NCBI GenBank assembly: GCA_963783305.1
Contig: CAWAMW010000007.1
Coordinates: forward strand, 128,001 to 192,000
Direction of reading: 5' to 3'
Source: an uncultured Gemmatimonadales bacterium
GTDB lineage: Bacteria; Gemmatimonadota; Gemmatimonadetes; Longimicrobiales; RSA9
DNA length: 64,000 nt
Position numbers and translations under genes: made by a program. The notes under the pieces were generated by a model. That model was not told the DNA's origin and did no database searches. It was given only the letters and a program-made list of their open reading frames with translations. Shown piece after piece: positions 19,351 through 29,083 of the stretch (position 1 is the first letter of the stretch; the number at the start of each line of letters is the position of its first letter).

Positions 19351-20366
19351 GCGACGGTGGCTGGCTGAGCGCTGCGGGTCGACGCATCCGCGACGCCGGC
19401 CGCTGGCTCTCGGGGGGAAAACGCGGCGCCGCCACCCTCCCGGACCCGTCCGCCCCCGTCGCGCCGGGTGGGGTGCCCCGTGACGTGCTGCGGCAGGTCC
19501 GGCTGATCGAGCTGCGGACTCGCGGCTGGGTGAACACGCTGTTCAGCGGCGAGTACCATTCTGTCTTCAAGGGGCAGGGGATGGAGTTCGCCGAGGTTCG
19601 CGAGTACCAGCACGGCGACGACATTCGCTCCATCGACTGGAACGTCACGGCCCGCATGGGTCACCCCTACATCAAGAAGCACGTGGAGGAGCGTGAGCTC
19701 ACGGTCATGCTCCTGGTGGACCTGTCGGGATCGGAGCGGTTCGGCACCCGCGGGCGGCTCAAGGGGGAGCTGGCGGCCGAGCTCGCGGCGGTCCTCGCCC
19801 TCTCGGCCATCCGGAACAACGACCGCGTGGGCCTCCTGATCTTTACGGATCACGTGGAGCACGTGGTCCCAGCGAAGAAGGGGCGCCGGCACGTGCTGCG
19901 GCTGATCCGCGACCTGTTGGCGTTCCGCCCGAGTGGACGCGGAACCGACATCGCCACAGCCCTGGATTATGCCGGCAGGATGCTCCCCCACCGCTCGATC
20001 CTCTTCCTGCTGAGCGATTTCCAGATGCCGGAAGCCGCCGATTTCCCGGGCTTCAGCCGCACCCTCAAGCTGGTCTCGAACCGGCACGACGTGGTGGCGA
20101 TCCGGATGATCGATGCCGCGGAGGAGTCGCTGCCCAACGCCGGCGTGCTCCTGCTCACCGACCCGGAGACCGGCCGGGAGGTCGCCATCGACACGGGCAG
20201 GGCGTCTCTCCGTGAGTTCTATGACGCCCGTGCGGGAACGGAGGAGCGAGAGCTCCGGGGGCTCTTTCGGCGGCTGGCCGTGGACGAGATCGAGGTGCGC
20301 ACGGATCAGTCCTACGTGAAGCCGCTCATGGCGTTCTTCCGCGCCCGCGAGCGCCGCGGCCGGTGA
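19347..20366 (+). CDS. DUF58 domain protein
   Basis: GEYHSVFKGQGMEFAEVREYQxGDDIRSIDWNVTAR; follows moxR. Confidence 0.92.
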   Translation: MSDGGWLSAAGRRIRDAGRWLSGGKRGAATLPDPSAPVAPGGVPRDVLRQVRLIELRTRGWVNTLFSGEYHSVFKGQGMEFAEVREYQHGDDIRSIDWNVTARMGHPYIKKHVEERELTVMLLVDLSGSERFGTRGRLKGELAAELAAVLALSAIRNNDRVGLLIFTDHVEHVVPAKKGRRHVLRLIRDLLAFRPSGRGTDIATALDYAGRMLPHRSILFLLSDFQMPEAADFPGFSRTLKLVSNRHDVVAIRMIDAAEESLPNAGVLLLTDPETGREVAIDTGRASLREFYDARAGTEERELRGLFRRLAVDEIEVRTDQSYVKPLMAFFRARERRGR

Positions 20367-21319
20367 GCACACGAACGCTGCTCGGACTGGCGACCCTGTT
20401 CGCAGCGGTCGGCACGGTTTCCCCCCGGGCCGCGCCGGCCCAGCAGGCGCACTCGGCCATCGTCGCCGACACCATCCGGGTCGGCGACGTGGTGCCCGTG
20501 GCCGTCCGGGTCACGGTCGAGCGCGGGGAACGCATCCTCTGGCCTGACACCCTCCCTCTGTCCGACGAAGCGCTTGAGAACGTGGCGCGGGTGCGTGAGC
20601 GCGTGGACACCCTGGCGGACGGCCGACTCCAGGTGACGGGGGTGTACTCCGTCACACCCTGGCGCACGGGCGAGCTGGAGATGCCCGACCTGCCGCTCCG
20701 TGTGATGGCGGACCGGGAGGTCGCGCGGACGCTGACGGCCGAGTTGCCGACGCTCGAGGTGATCTCCGTCCTGCCCCCGGACACAGCCGGCGTCGAGCCG
20801 GAGCCGGCCAAGGGCGTGATCGGGCGGAGCTGGTCGCCGTGGCCGTTCCTGCTCGCGCTCCTGGCGCTGGCGGCGCTCATTGCCGCCGTGGTGTGGTGGC
20901 GCCGGAGGCGGGCAGAGGCCGGGGTGGCGCCGCCGATCGCTCCCGCCGTCTCGCCCCGGGAGCGCGTGCTGGCGCGGCTCCAGGAGGCGCGGGAGGCGGA
21001 CCTCATCGAGCAGGGTGCCATGAAGGAGTTCTACAGTCGCGTGTCAGAGGCGCTGCGCGAGTACCTGGAGATCATCGGACCGGGGTGGGGGGAGGACCTC
21101 ACCACTACGGAGCTGCTGGGCCGCTTCCGTGTCCAGGTGGGACCGGAGGTGGCGGCGGTGCTCGGCGAGCTGCTCCGGGCCGCGGACCAGGTGAAGTTCG
21201 CCCGTCGGCGTCCCGATCCGGCCACGGCGGTTCAGGAGTGGGAGTCGGTCCGGCGCTGGGTACTAGGCTTCGACTGGCCCCCCCGCAGGACCAGCGATGA
21301 GCAAGGGGAGGCGGCGTGA
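20363..21319 (+). CDS. Bat-operon membrane-anchored protein
   Basis: Signal peptide, one TM followed by RRRR, LREYLE..LTTTE..ADQVKFAR motif; lies between DUF58 and batA. Confidence 0.75.
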   Translation: MSTRTLLGLATLFAAVGTVSPRAAPAQQAHSAIVADTIRVGDVVPVAVRVTVERGERILWPDTLPLSDEALENVARVRERVDTLADGRLQVTGVYSVTPWRTGELEMPDLPLRVMADREVARTLTAELPTLEVISVLPPDTAGVEPEPAKGVIGRSWSPWPFLLALLALAALIAAVVWWRRRRAEAGVAPPIAPAVSPRERVLARLQEAREADLIEQGAMKEFYSRVSEALREYLEIIGPGWGEDLTTTELLGRFRVQVGPEVAAVLGELLRAADQVKFARRRPDPATAVQEWESVRRWVLGFDWPPRRTSDEQGEAA

Positions 21320-22302
21320 TGCCCGGCTTCGCCCGTCCGTGGGCGCTCCTCCTGCTCCTTCTCGTACCGCTCTGGCACCTGTACCGCCAGCGGAACCGGC
21401 GCACGCTGCTCTTCTCCCGGACGTCCGCCGTCGAGGCCATGGCGTCCCGCTCCACGGGGGCGCTCGCCCGGGCGCCGGAATGGCTCCGCACGCTGGCCGT
21501 CGTCGCCCTCGTTCTCGCCCTGGCGGGGCCCCGGACCGGCGTCTCCACCACGGAGGTCGAGGCGGAGGGGATCGCCATTGCGCTGGTCGTCGACATCTCC
21601 ACGTCCATGCTTGCCGAGGACTTCCACCCCCGGAACCGGCTGACAGTGGCCAAGGAGGAGGTGGCCAAGTTCGTGCGCGGTCGCCAGTACGATCGGATCG
21701 GGATGGTGGCGTTCGCCGGTGAGGCGCTGACGCAGGTGCCGCTCACCATCGATTACGCCGTCCTCTATCGCGCCCTGGACCAGCTCCAGACCGGCATGCT
21801 CGAGGATGGCACCGCCATTGGCACCGCCATCGCTACGGCGGCCAATCGACTCCGGCGCTCGCCGGGCGAGTCGCGCGTGATGATCGTCATGACGGATGGC
21901 GAGAACAACCGGGGCGAGATCGATCCGGTGACCGCGGCGCGGGCGGCGGCGGCGTACGCCATCAAGATCTACACGATCGGAGTGGGGAGCGAAGGGGTCG
22001 CGCCGATCCCCATCGCGCAGGGGATGTTCGGCGGGTACCAGTACGCCAACCTGCCCGTGCACATTGACGAGGACCTGCTGCGGGAGATCGCGGGCATCAC
22101 CGACGGCCAGTATTTCCGGGCGACCAACGAGGCCGCACTCGACTCCATCTACCGCCGGATCGATGCGCTGGAACGCACCTCCGTGGAAGTAAAGACGTAC
22201 ACCGACTATACGCCGCGCCACCTGCCGTTGCTGCTGCTGGCGGTGGTCCTTCTTCTGGCGGAGTGGGGGCTCCTGGCCAGCCGGTGGGGGAGGGCTCCAT
22301 GA
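21319..22302 (+). CDS. batA: BatA-like VWA domain protein
   Basis: ALAGP, DISTSMLAEDF..NRL (MIDAS), DRIGMVAFAG, GTAIG, TDGENN, IYTIGVG. Confidence 0.87.
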   Translation: MPGFARPWALLLLLLVPLWHLYRQRNRRTLLFSRTSAVEAMASRSTGALARAPEWLRTLAVVALVLALAGPRTGVSTTEVEAEGIAIALVVDISTSMLAEDFHPRNRLTVAKEEVAKFVRGRQYDRIGMVAFAGEALTQVPLTIDYAVLYRALDQLQTGMLEDGTAIGTAIATAANRLRRSPGESRVMIVMTDGENNRGEIDPVTAARAAAAYAIKIYTIGVGSEGVAPIPIAQGMFGGYQYANLPVHIDEDLLREIAGITDGQYFRATNEAALDSIYRRIDALERTSVEVKTYTDYTPRHLPLLLLAVVLLLAEWGLLASRWGRAP

Positions 22303-23345
22303 GCTTCGATTCCCAGTCGCTGCTCTGGCTGGTACTCGCCCTTCCCGCCGGCGTGGGCGCAGGGCTCTGGCTGTGGGTGCGCCGCCGCCGCCGCGTCGCC
22401 CGTGCCCTCGGCTCTCCCGAGCTGCTCCGGCGACTGGGGGCCGGGGACCTCTCGGCGTTTCCCACCGCTCGGCTCATCCTCCTGCTGCTCGCGGCGGCCT
22501 CCCTGGGGATGGCCGCCGCCGGTCCCCGGTGGGGGCTGGAGAGCGTGGAGGAGCAGACGGCGGCCGCCGACCTGGTGCTGGCACTCGACGTCTCCAAGTC
22601 GATGCTCGCCCGGGATGTCCCCCCCAACCGCCTGGAGCGGGAAAGGGTGCTGGCGCGGAGGGTGCTCCGGGAGCTGCCCGGCGACCGGATCGGCATGGTC
22701 GCGTTCGCCGGCCGGGCCTACATCCTCTCGCCCATGACGGTCGACCACGGCGCGCTCCAGCTCTACCTGGATGCGCTGGACCCGGAGATCGTGAGCCAGG
22801 GGGGATCGTCGCTGGCGTCGGCGATCCGGCAGGCCACGGACCTGGCGCTGGGCGCCCGCGAGTCACGCCGCGGAGCCGTCCTGCTCGTGAGCGATGGGGA
22901 GGCGCTGGAGGAGGAGGACCAGGTACGACAGTCCGCCAGCCGGGCCGCACGGGCGGGGATCACCATCCACACCGTGGGGGTAGGGACGTTGGAGGGCGCG
23001 CCCATACCGGAGGAGGGATCCGACGGGCAGGTGGAATCGTATAAGCGGGGTCCGGACGGAGAGATCGTCGTCACATCGCTCCACGAGGAGCTGCTACGCG
23101 ATGTGGCCGCCACGACCGGCGGGCGCTACATCCGTCTGGGGGGGGCAGGCGCGACGGATGCGGTGCTCGGGGCGCTGCGCGGGCTCGAGCGTACGGAGGG
23201 CGATTCGCAGCGGCGCGTGCGGCAGAAGGAGCGGTACGCCTGGTTCGTCCTGCTGGCGGTCGTGCTCCTGATGATCGACGGGGCCGTGGCCACCAGGCCG
23301 GAGCCGCGTAGCGCCATGACGACCACGGAGCCACTCGATGCGTAA
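22299..23345 (+). CDS. batB: BatB-like VWA domain protein
   Basis: GPRWG, DVSKSMLARDVPPNRLER, SDGE, VVTSL; second VWA gene of the operon. Confidence 0.85.
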   Translation: MSFDSQSLLWLVLALPAGVGAGLWLWVRRRRRVARALGSPELLRRLGAGDLSAFPTARLILLLLAAASLGMAAAGPRWGLESVEEQTAAADLVLALDVSKSMLARDVPPNRLERERVLARRVLRELPGDRIGMVAFAGRAYILSPMTVDHGALQLYLDALDPEIVSQGGSSLASAIRQATDLALGARESRRGAVLLVSDGEALEEEDQVRQSASRAARAGITIHTVGVGTLEGAPIPEEGSDGQVESYKRGPDGEIVVTSLHEELLRDVAATTGGRYIRLGGAGATDAVLGALRGLERTEGDSQRRVRQKERYAWFVLLAVVLLMIDGAVATRPEPRSAMTTTEPLDA

Positions 23346-24072
23346 GCTGCTGATCCCACTTCTGTTCGCGCTCGTCGCGACGGGCGGCATCCTGGTGAGC
23401 GTGGAGCGCGGCAACCGCCTGTTCAGGGCCGGGAAGTACGTGGAGGCCGTGGAGGCGTATCGTGCCGCTCTCGCGGACGGCGAGGAAAGCCCGATGCTCC
23501 GGTACAACCTCGGCACAGCGCTGCTGAAGCTGGGTCGCTACGGAGAGGCGGAAGAGCACCTGCGGGCGGCGCTCGAGCAGGTCGATCCAGAGACGCGGGA
23601 CCGCGCGTACTACAACCTGGGTCAGCGCTATCTCGAGGACGCCCGCCAGAGCGGCGACCCCCAGGCCAGCGTGGCCCTGTACAATGCCGCGGTGGAGTCC
23701 TACCGCCAGGCCCTGCGCCTGAGCCCCGCTGACCCGGACGCGAAGTGGAACTACGAGCTGTCGCTCCGGGAGCGGGACGAGCAGCAGCAGTCGAGCGGGG
23801 GCGGCGGTGAGGACCAGCAGGACCAGCAGGACCAGGAGGAGCCGCAGGACCCGGAGCGTCAGCCGGGCGATCAGGGACAGGGCGGGTCTTCGCAGGGGCA
23901 GAATCAACCGTCTTCCGGCGCCCCGGACGCCCCGGGCGCGGGGGCGCGGGCCCCGCTGACGCAGGAGCAGGCGGAGCGGATCCTGAGCGCGGTAGAGCAG
24001 GACGAGCGGGAGCTCTTCCGCGACAAGCTGAGGAAGGGTCAGCAGCGGACCCGCACCGACAGGGACTGGTAG
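23338..24072 (+). CDS. batC: BatC-like TPR protein
   Basis: YNLG TPR repeats, YRQALRLSPxDxDAKWNYEL, Q/E-rich linker, C-terminal RDW. Confidence 0.85.
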   Translation: MRKLLIPLLFALVATGGILVSVERGNRLFRAGKYVEAVEAYRAALADGEESPMLRYNLGTALLKLGRYGEAEEHLRAALEQVDPETRDRAYYNLGQRYLEDARQSGDPQASVALYNAAVESYRQALRLSPADPDAKWNYELSLRERDEQQQSSGGGGEDQQDQQDQEEPQDPERQPGDQGQGGSSQGQNQPSSGAPDAPGAGARAPLTQEQAERILSAVEQDERELFRDKLRKGQQRTRTDRDW

Positions 24073-24075
24073 CGG

Positions 24076-26553
24076 ATGACGCCCGCGGTGCTCCTGCTGC
24101 TGGTGGCGCTCCAGGCCCAGGACCCCGTCCAGGTCCGCGCCCGCCTCGTGGACGAAGAGATCCAGGCGGGTCAGACCACGGTCCTCCGTGTGGATGTGGA
24201 GACGGAAGGGGGCCGCGCGCAGATCGACCGGTTCCGGTCCCTCCCACCCGGGCTGGCGCTCGAGGGCACGCGGGACTTCGATCAGCGCCAGTTCAGCCTT
24301 CCCGGGGGCGCTCGCCGCTTCATCTCCCGCGAGTTCGTGCTCCGGGCTCGAGCGCCGGGCCGCTATCGGATCCCGTCGCTGAACGTGATCGTGGCGGGAC
24401 AGACGTACAGCACCCGCTCGCTCTTCCTCGATGTCACGGCATCACCCATCGGGGACCGGAACGCGCCCGGCGCGGAGGCGGAGGACGGTGTCGTCCTGCG
24501 GGCGTGGCTCGACACGGATACGGTCTACACCGGCGAGCAGGTGACCTTCCACGCCGAGGCCATGTTCTCGCAGGACGCGCGATTCCGGCTGCGGCGCGCC
24601 CCTGAGTATGAGCCGCCGACCCCATCGGGGTTCTGGGTTCACGAACTGCCGGACCCCGAGCGGGGCACGACCCGGAGAGAGGGAGGTCAGACGTACGAGG
24701 TGCAGCGGTTCCAGCGCGGCTTCTTCCCCATGAGCCCGGGCCGGTATGAGATCCCCCCGGCGCGGCTCCAGTACGAGGTCCGGCGGGGCCTCCTCTATGC
24801 TCCGCAGACGAAGGAGAAGACGACCGATCCCATCCCGCTCGTCGTCCTGCCAGTCCCGGACAATGCCCCCTCGGGCTTTACGGGCGCGGTGGGTTCGTAC
24901 CGCATTCGCGGTCACGTGCAGCCGGAGCGGGTGCCGGCGGGGGAGGCCGTGGTCCTCAGCGTCGACGTGGAGGGCCTCGGGAATGTGAAGACGCTCCCAC
25001 CACCCGCTCTGCCCGACATGCCAGGGATCGACGTGTATCCCCCCAGCGAAGACGCGGAGCTGGAGCTGACGCACGGGCAGATCGGCGGCGTGAAACGCTT
25101 CAGCTGGGTCCTGATCCCGAGGGAGCCCGGCCAGATCGAGCTGCCGGAGCTCCGATACCCGTATTTCGATCCCGAGCTGGAACGGTTCGAGACCGCCACC
25201 CTGGCGTCCCTGTCGCTGGAGGTGACGCCGGGCACCGGAGAGGGGGGGGTCCGCAGGCCCACGCTCCGGTACATTGCGCCGGAGCCGGATGCGGGCGATC
25301 CGTTGAGCTGGGTCCGGTCCCCCGGTTTCGCGGCTGCGCAGGCCCTGCCGCTGCTGCTGCTGCTGACCATGGCCCTGGGGCTTCCGGGAACCGGGAGGGG
25401 AGAAAAGACCCCATCGCTGCGCGCACTCCGCCGTCGCCGGACGGCGCGGCTGCAAGAGATGGCCGCCAGGGCGGGGGAGGGTGGACCCGCGCTCTTCGCG
25501 GACGCGGAGGAGTTCGCCCGTGGCTGGCTGGCCGATCGGCTCGGAATCCCGCTCCGCCAGGCGGCCCATCCCGACGCGCTCGTCTCTGCCGGCGTATCCC
25601 CCGAAACCGCCAGCTCCGTCCGAACGATCCTGTACCGGATTTCCAGCGCCCGGTACGCTCCGGTGACACCGGGTCCGGAGGCCCGCCGCGATATCCTGAG
25701 GGCCCTCGACCATACGCTCCAGCGGGTGGACCGGGAGGCGGGATCGCGCCGGCGGGAGCGCAGGCCGGAGCGGGGCGCCGCCACCGTTTTGTTGGTGGCA
25801 GCTCTGGCCTTGTCCCTGGCGGCCGGCGCGTCGGCGCAGTCACCGGCGACACCCCACGCGCCCCACGCGCCCCAGGAGCCCCAGGAGCCCGGGGTGGCGG
25901 CAGGGTCCGGCGAGTCCGGCGCCCGCGGGTTCCAGGCCGGGGTTTCCGCGTTCGACGAGGAGCGGTATCTCGCCGCCGCAGAGGCCTTCCGCGAGCACGT
26001 GCGGCAGCGGCCGGGTGACCCCGCGGGCTGGTACAACCTCGGCACCGCCTACTATCACGCCGGCCACCCCGGCTTCGCGGTCTGGGCGTGGCTCAACGTC
26101 CCCAGACTCGATCCCCGGAACGACGACGTCCGCCACAACCTCAGAATCGCCGGTGTGCCACCCGAGCTCGTCCGGCGAGTGTCCCCACCGTTCCCGCTCC
26201 GGGGATCCGAGCTGTTCCTCCTCGCCGCCATCGCGTGGTGGACCGCCGGCATCGCCGGCGCGCTCTGGCTCAGACGTCGGCGCAAGCGGGCGGCCATCAC
26301 CGTCGGCGTCGCTTTGGTCATGGCCCTCGCCCTCGCCGGTACCGCCTGGGCCTCGACGCACGTCCCGGAAACCCTCATCGTGTTGCGGGATTCCACCCTG
26401 CGCACCGGGCCCACGCTGGGCGCGGCCCCCGTGATCGAGGTCGCGGCCGGAGCCGGGCTCGTGCCGATCGAGGTCCGCGGCGACTGGGTACGGGCGCGCA
26501 CCCTCCAGGGCGACGAGGGTTGGCTCGAGACGAACGAGACCGGAGACATCTGA
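24076..26553 (+). CDS. batD: BatD-like protein fused to a BatE-like TPR + SH3-like module
   Basis: BatD-type FTGAVG, GLGNV, YFDP; C-terminal part has TPR (WYNLGTAYY..DVRHNL), two TMs and an SH3b-like GDWVR..GDEGW end. Confidence 0.78.
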   Translation: MTPAVLLLLVALQAQDPVQVRARLVDEEIQAGQTTVLRVDVETEGGRAQIDRFRSLPPGLALEGTRDFDQRQFSLPGGARRFISREFVLRARAPGRYRIPSLNVIVAGQTYSTRSLFLDVTASPIGDRNAPGAEAEDGVVLRAWLDTDTVYTGEQVTFHAEAMFSQDARFRLRRAPEYEPPTPSGFWVHELPDPERGTTRREGGQTYEVQRFQRGFFPMSPGRYEIPPARLQYEVRRGLLYAPQTKEKTTDPIPLVVLPVPDNAPSGFTGAVGSYRIRGHVQPERVPAGEAVVLSVDVEGLGNVKTLPPPALPDMPGIDVYPPSEDAELELTHGQIGGVKRFSWVLIPREPGQIELPELRYPYFDPELERFETATLASLSLEVTPGTGEGGVRRPTLRYIAPEPDAGDPLSWVRSPGFAAAQALPLLLLLTMALGLPGTGRGEKTPSLRALRRRRTARLQEMAARAGEGGPALFADAEEFARGWLADRLGIPLRQAAHPDALVSAGVSPETASSVRTILYRISSARYAPVTPGPEARRDILRALDHTLQRVDREAGSRRRERRPERGAATVLLVAALALSLAAGASAQSPATPHAPHAPQEPQEPGVAAGSGESGARGFQAGVSAFDEERYLAAAEAFREHVRQRPGDPAGWYNLGTAYYHAGHPGFAVWAWLNVPRLDPRNDDVRHNLRIAGVPPELVRRVSPPFPLRGSELFLLAAIAWWTAGIAGALWLRRRRKRAAITVGVALVMALALAGTAWASTHVPETLIVLRDSTLRTGPTLGAAPVIEVAAGAGLVPIEVRGDWVRARTLQGDEGWLETNETGDI

Positions 26554-26557
26554 AGCC

Positions 26558-27205
26558 ATGCCGAACCATCCGGAGCACCCGAACCTGCGACTGGTCGAGC
26601 ACCCGCTGGTCCAGCACAAAATGTCGCTGCTGCGCGACGAGTCCACGTCCAAGAAGGGGTTCCGCGAGCTGGTGGACGAGCTCAGCATGCTCCTCGCCTA
26701 CGAGGCCACCAGCGAGCTGCCCCTCGCCTCCGTGACGGTGCGGACCCCGCTCGAGACCATGGACGCGCGCCGCGTAGCAGGGAAGAAGGTGACGCTGCTC
26801 CCGGTGCTGCGGGCGGGGCTCGGGATGGTGGACGGCGTGCTCCGACTCGTCCCGTCGGCGCGCGTGGGTCACATCGGACTCTACCGGGACCACGACACCC
26901 TCGAGCCGGTCCACTACTACTTCAAGATCCCCGGCGAGGCTGAGGCCCGGCAGTTCATCATCCTCGATCCCATGCTCGCCACGGGGGGATCGGCGTCCGC
27001 CGCCGTGGACGCGCTCAAGGAGAGCGGCGTGGCCTCCATCCGGCTGGTCTGCCTCGTGGCGGCGCCCGAGGGCGTCCGCCGCATGGAGAAGGACCACCCC
27101 GACGTTCTCGTCATCACTGCGGCGCTCGACCGCGAGCTCGACGAGAACGGCTATATCCTGCCGGGACTCGGTGACGCCGGCGACCGGCTCTTCGGCACCC
27201 TCTGA
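26558..27205 (+). CDS. upp: Uracil phosphoribosyltransferase
   Basis: HPLVQHK, PVLRAGLGM, DPMLATGGS, GYILPGLGDAGDRLFGT. Confidence 0.96.
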   Translation: MPNHPEHPNLRLVEHPLVQHKMSLLRDESTSKKGFRELVDELSMLLAYEATSELPLASVTVRTPLETMDARRVAGKKVTLLPVLRAGLGMVDGVLRLVPSARVGHIGLYRDHDTLEPVHYYFKIPGEAEARQFIILDPMLATGGSASAAVDALKESGVASIRLVCLVAAPEGVRRMEKDHPDVLVITAALDRELDENGYILPGLGDAGDRLFGTL

Positions 27206-27365
27206 TCCCTCTCCGCCGATCTCCTGGCCGGTGACCTCCAGCTGTTCGTGCTCCAGGCACCCGCGGCCGGACGCCGTCCGATCGCGGGATCTCGAGCCCC
27301 TCGCTCCCGATCGCAGCGGGACCGATCCCAAGACACTCCACCCCCGCCGGGCGGCCGCCGGGTCA

Positions 27366-27394
27366 TTGATCGGGCGGTCGTTCCCGCCTACCTT
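27366..27394 (+). promoter_or_regulatory. Probable sigma70-type promoter of the tRNA gene
   Basis: TTGATC-17 nt-TACCTT, 14 nt before the tRNA. Confidence 0.55.
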
Positions 27395-27408
27395 CGGATG
27401 GCTGTTCC

Positions 27409-27482
27409 GGGCCCGTAGCTCAGTTGGTTAGAGCACCCGACTCATAATCGGAGGGTCGCAGGTTCGAGTCCTGCCGGGCCCA
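27409..27482 (+). tRNA. tRNA with CAT anticodon, most likely tRNA-Ile2 (lysidine) rather than Met; CCA not encoded
   Basis: Acceptor stem GGGCCCG/CGGGCCC, D-arm TAGCTCAGTTGGTTAGAGC, loop CTCATAA, T-loop GTTCGAGTC. C4-G69 and C5-G68 pairs favour Ile2. Confidence 0.93.
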
Positions 27483-27567
27483 CTACCGCACCACCGGACC
27501 GTCGTCCTGGCCCTGGCCGGCCGGCGGTCCCATCCCTGCCCCGTCCCTCCCCAGGACGTGGCAGCCC

Positions 27568-27596
27568 TTGACATCTACTAAATAACCAAGTAGTAG
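27568..27596 (+). promoter_or_regulatory. Promoter with overlapping palindrome upstream of the efflux operon
   Basis: TTGACA at 27568; CTACT-N9-AGTAG at 27575-27593; AT-rich patch in a GC-rich background. Confidence 0.6.
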
Positions 27597-27628
27597 TACG
27601 GGCTGCAGGATCGTTGGCCCCCAAACCC

Positions 27629-29083
27629 ATGGATCGGATGCGACGACGACGATATGGAGACCCTGGACCATCGCGGACAGCCTTAACCCTCGCTCGCGCC
27701 GCGATGCTGGCGCTGGTGAGCGCGGCTGGACTGAACTCCGGGGCGGCGGCACAGGCCGCGCTGACGCTGGATGAGGCGCTGGCCACGGCGCGCGGCGGCG
27801 CATACTCCGTCCGGATGGCGGAGGGAGAGGCGCGTGAGCGCTCAGCCGATCGGCTGGGCGCCTTGCAGGGCATTCTACCCACGGTGCGGCTGGAGAGCGG
27901 GTTCATGCGTACGACCGACCCCGTGGCGGCGTTCGGCGTAACTCTCCGGCAGCGGACGATCTCGCAGGCGGACTTCGCTCCGGAGCGGTTGAACTATCCA
28001 CCCGTGGCGGAGAACTGGACGGGATCGGTGGTGCTCGAGGTGCCGCTCGTGAACCCGGACGCCTGGCTGGGCTTGGGCGCGGCGGGCCGGGCGACCGAGG
28101 CTGCCGAGGCGGCGGCCGAGTGGCGGATCTACGAGACGAGCGGCGACGTGGTGCGGGCGTATTTCGGCGGGATCCTGGCGGCTGAGAAGGTGGAGACGCT
28201 GGAGGCTGCGGTGGAAGCGGCGCGGGCGCATGTGCGCCAGGCGGAGCTGATGGTGGAGCAGGGATTGGTGACGAAGTCGGACGCGCTGCTGGCGCGTGTG
28301 AAGGCGGGCGAGGTGGAAGCGCAGCTGGCGAGTGCCCGGGGGGAAGCGCGGAGCGCGGTCCGGCAGCTGGCGACGCTGCTGGGGACGCCCGACCGGCTCC
28401 CGGTCCTGCCGGAAAGGCTGCCACCCGCGGACGCGGTTCGCGAGGTGGTGGAGTGGGCGCCCGTGGAGCTTACCGCGGACAGCGTGAGCGAGCGTCTGGT
28501 GAGCCGGGAAGATGTTCGGGCGGCGCGTCTGGGGCGATCAGCGGCGCGTCGTGACGTGCTGCGCGCGCGGTCGACCTGGCTGCCGCGGATCAACGCCTTC
28601 GGACGTTATGACTGGCACTCGCCGGACGCGCTGTTCGAGGGCGATGAGAACTGGACCGTAGGGGTGATGGCACAGTGGACCCCGATCGCGGGGGCGGCAC
28701 ACCTGGCGGAGTCCAGGGCGGCCGCCGGCCGGCGGGCGGTTGCGGAAGCCCGGGCGGATGCGGCGCTGGCCAACGCGCGGCTCGAGGCGGCAACGGCGGC
28801 CGACCGCCTGGATGTGGCGTTGGAACGGCTCCGGATCGCCGAGCGAGCGGTGGAGCACGCGGGGGAGGCGCACCGGATCGTCGGTCACAAGTACGAGGGT
28901 GGCCTGGCCACGGTGGTGGAGCTGCTGGATGCGTCCGCCACGGAGACGCGAACCCGTCTGGAGCGCGCGCACGCGGTATTCACGGTGATCGATGAGGCCG
29001 CGGCGCGGGCTCTGGCGCTGGGCGAGGATCCGGCGCTGTTCGCCGTTCTGGATGACTACGCACACAGGAACCGGAGCGAGTGA
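27629..29083 (+). CDS. TolC-family outer-membrane efflux protein
   Basis: Signal peptide, LTLDEAL, two helical repeats, YEGGLATVVELLDA. Start uncertain (27629/27638/27704). Confidence 0.87.
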   Translation: MDRMRRRRYGDPGPSRTALTLARAAMLALVSAAGLNSGAAAQAALTLDEALATARGGAYSVRMAEGEARERSADRLGALQGILPTVRLESGFMRTTDPVAAFGVTLRQRTISQADFAPERLNYPPVAENWTGSVVLEVPLVNPDAWLGLGAAGRATEAAEAAAEWRIYETSGDVVRAYFGGILAAEKVETLEAAVEAARAHVRQAELMVEQGLVTKSDALLARVKAGEVEAQLASARGEARSAVRQLATLLGTPDRLPVLPERLPPADAVREVVEWAPVELTADSVSERLVSREDVRAARLGRSAARRDVLRARSTWLPRINAFGRYDWHSPDALFEGDENWTVGVMAQWTPIAGAAHLAESRAAAGRRAVAEARADAALANARLEAATAADRLDVALERLRIAERAVEHAGEAHRIVGHKYEGGLATVVELLDASATETRTRLERAHAVFTVIDEAAARALALGEDPALFAVLDDYAHRNRSE

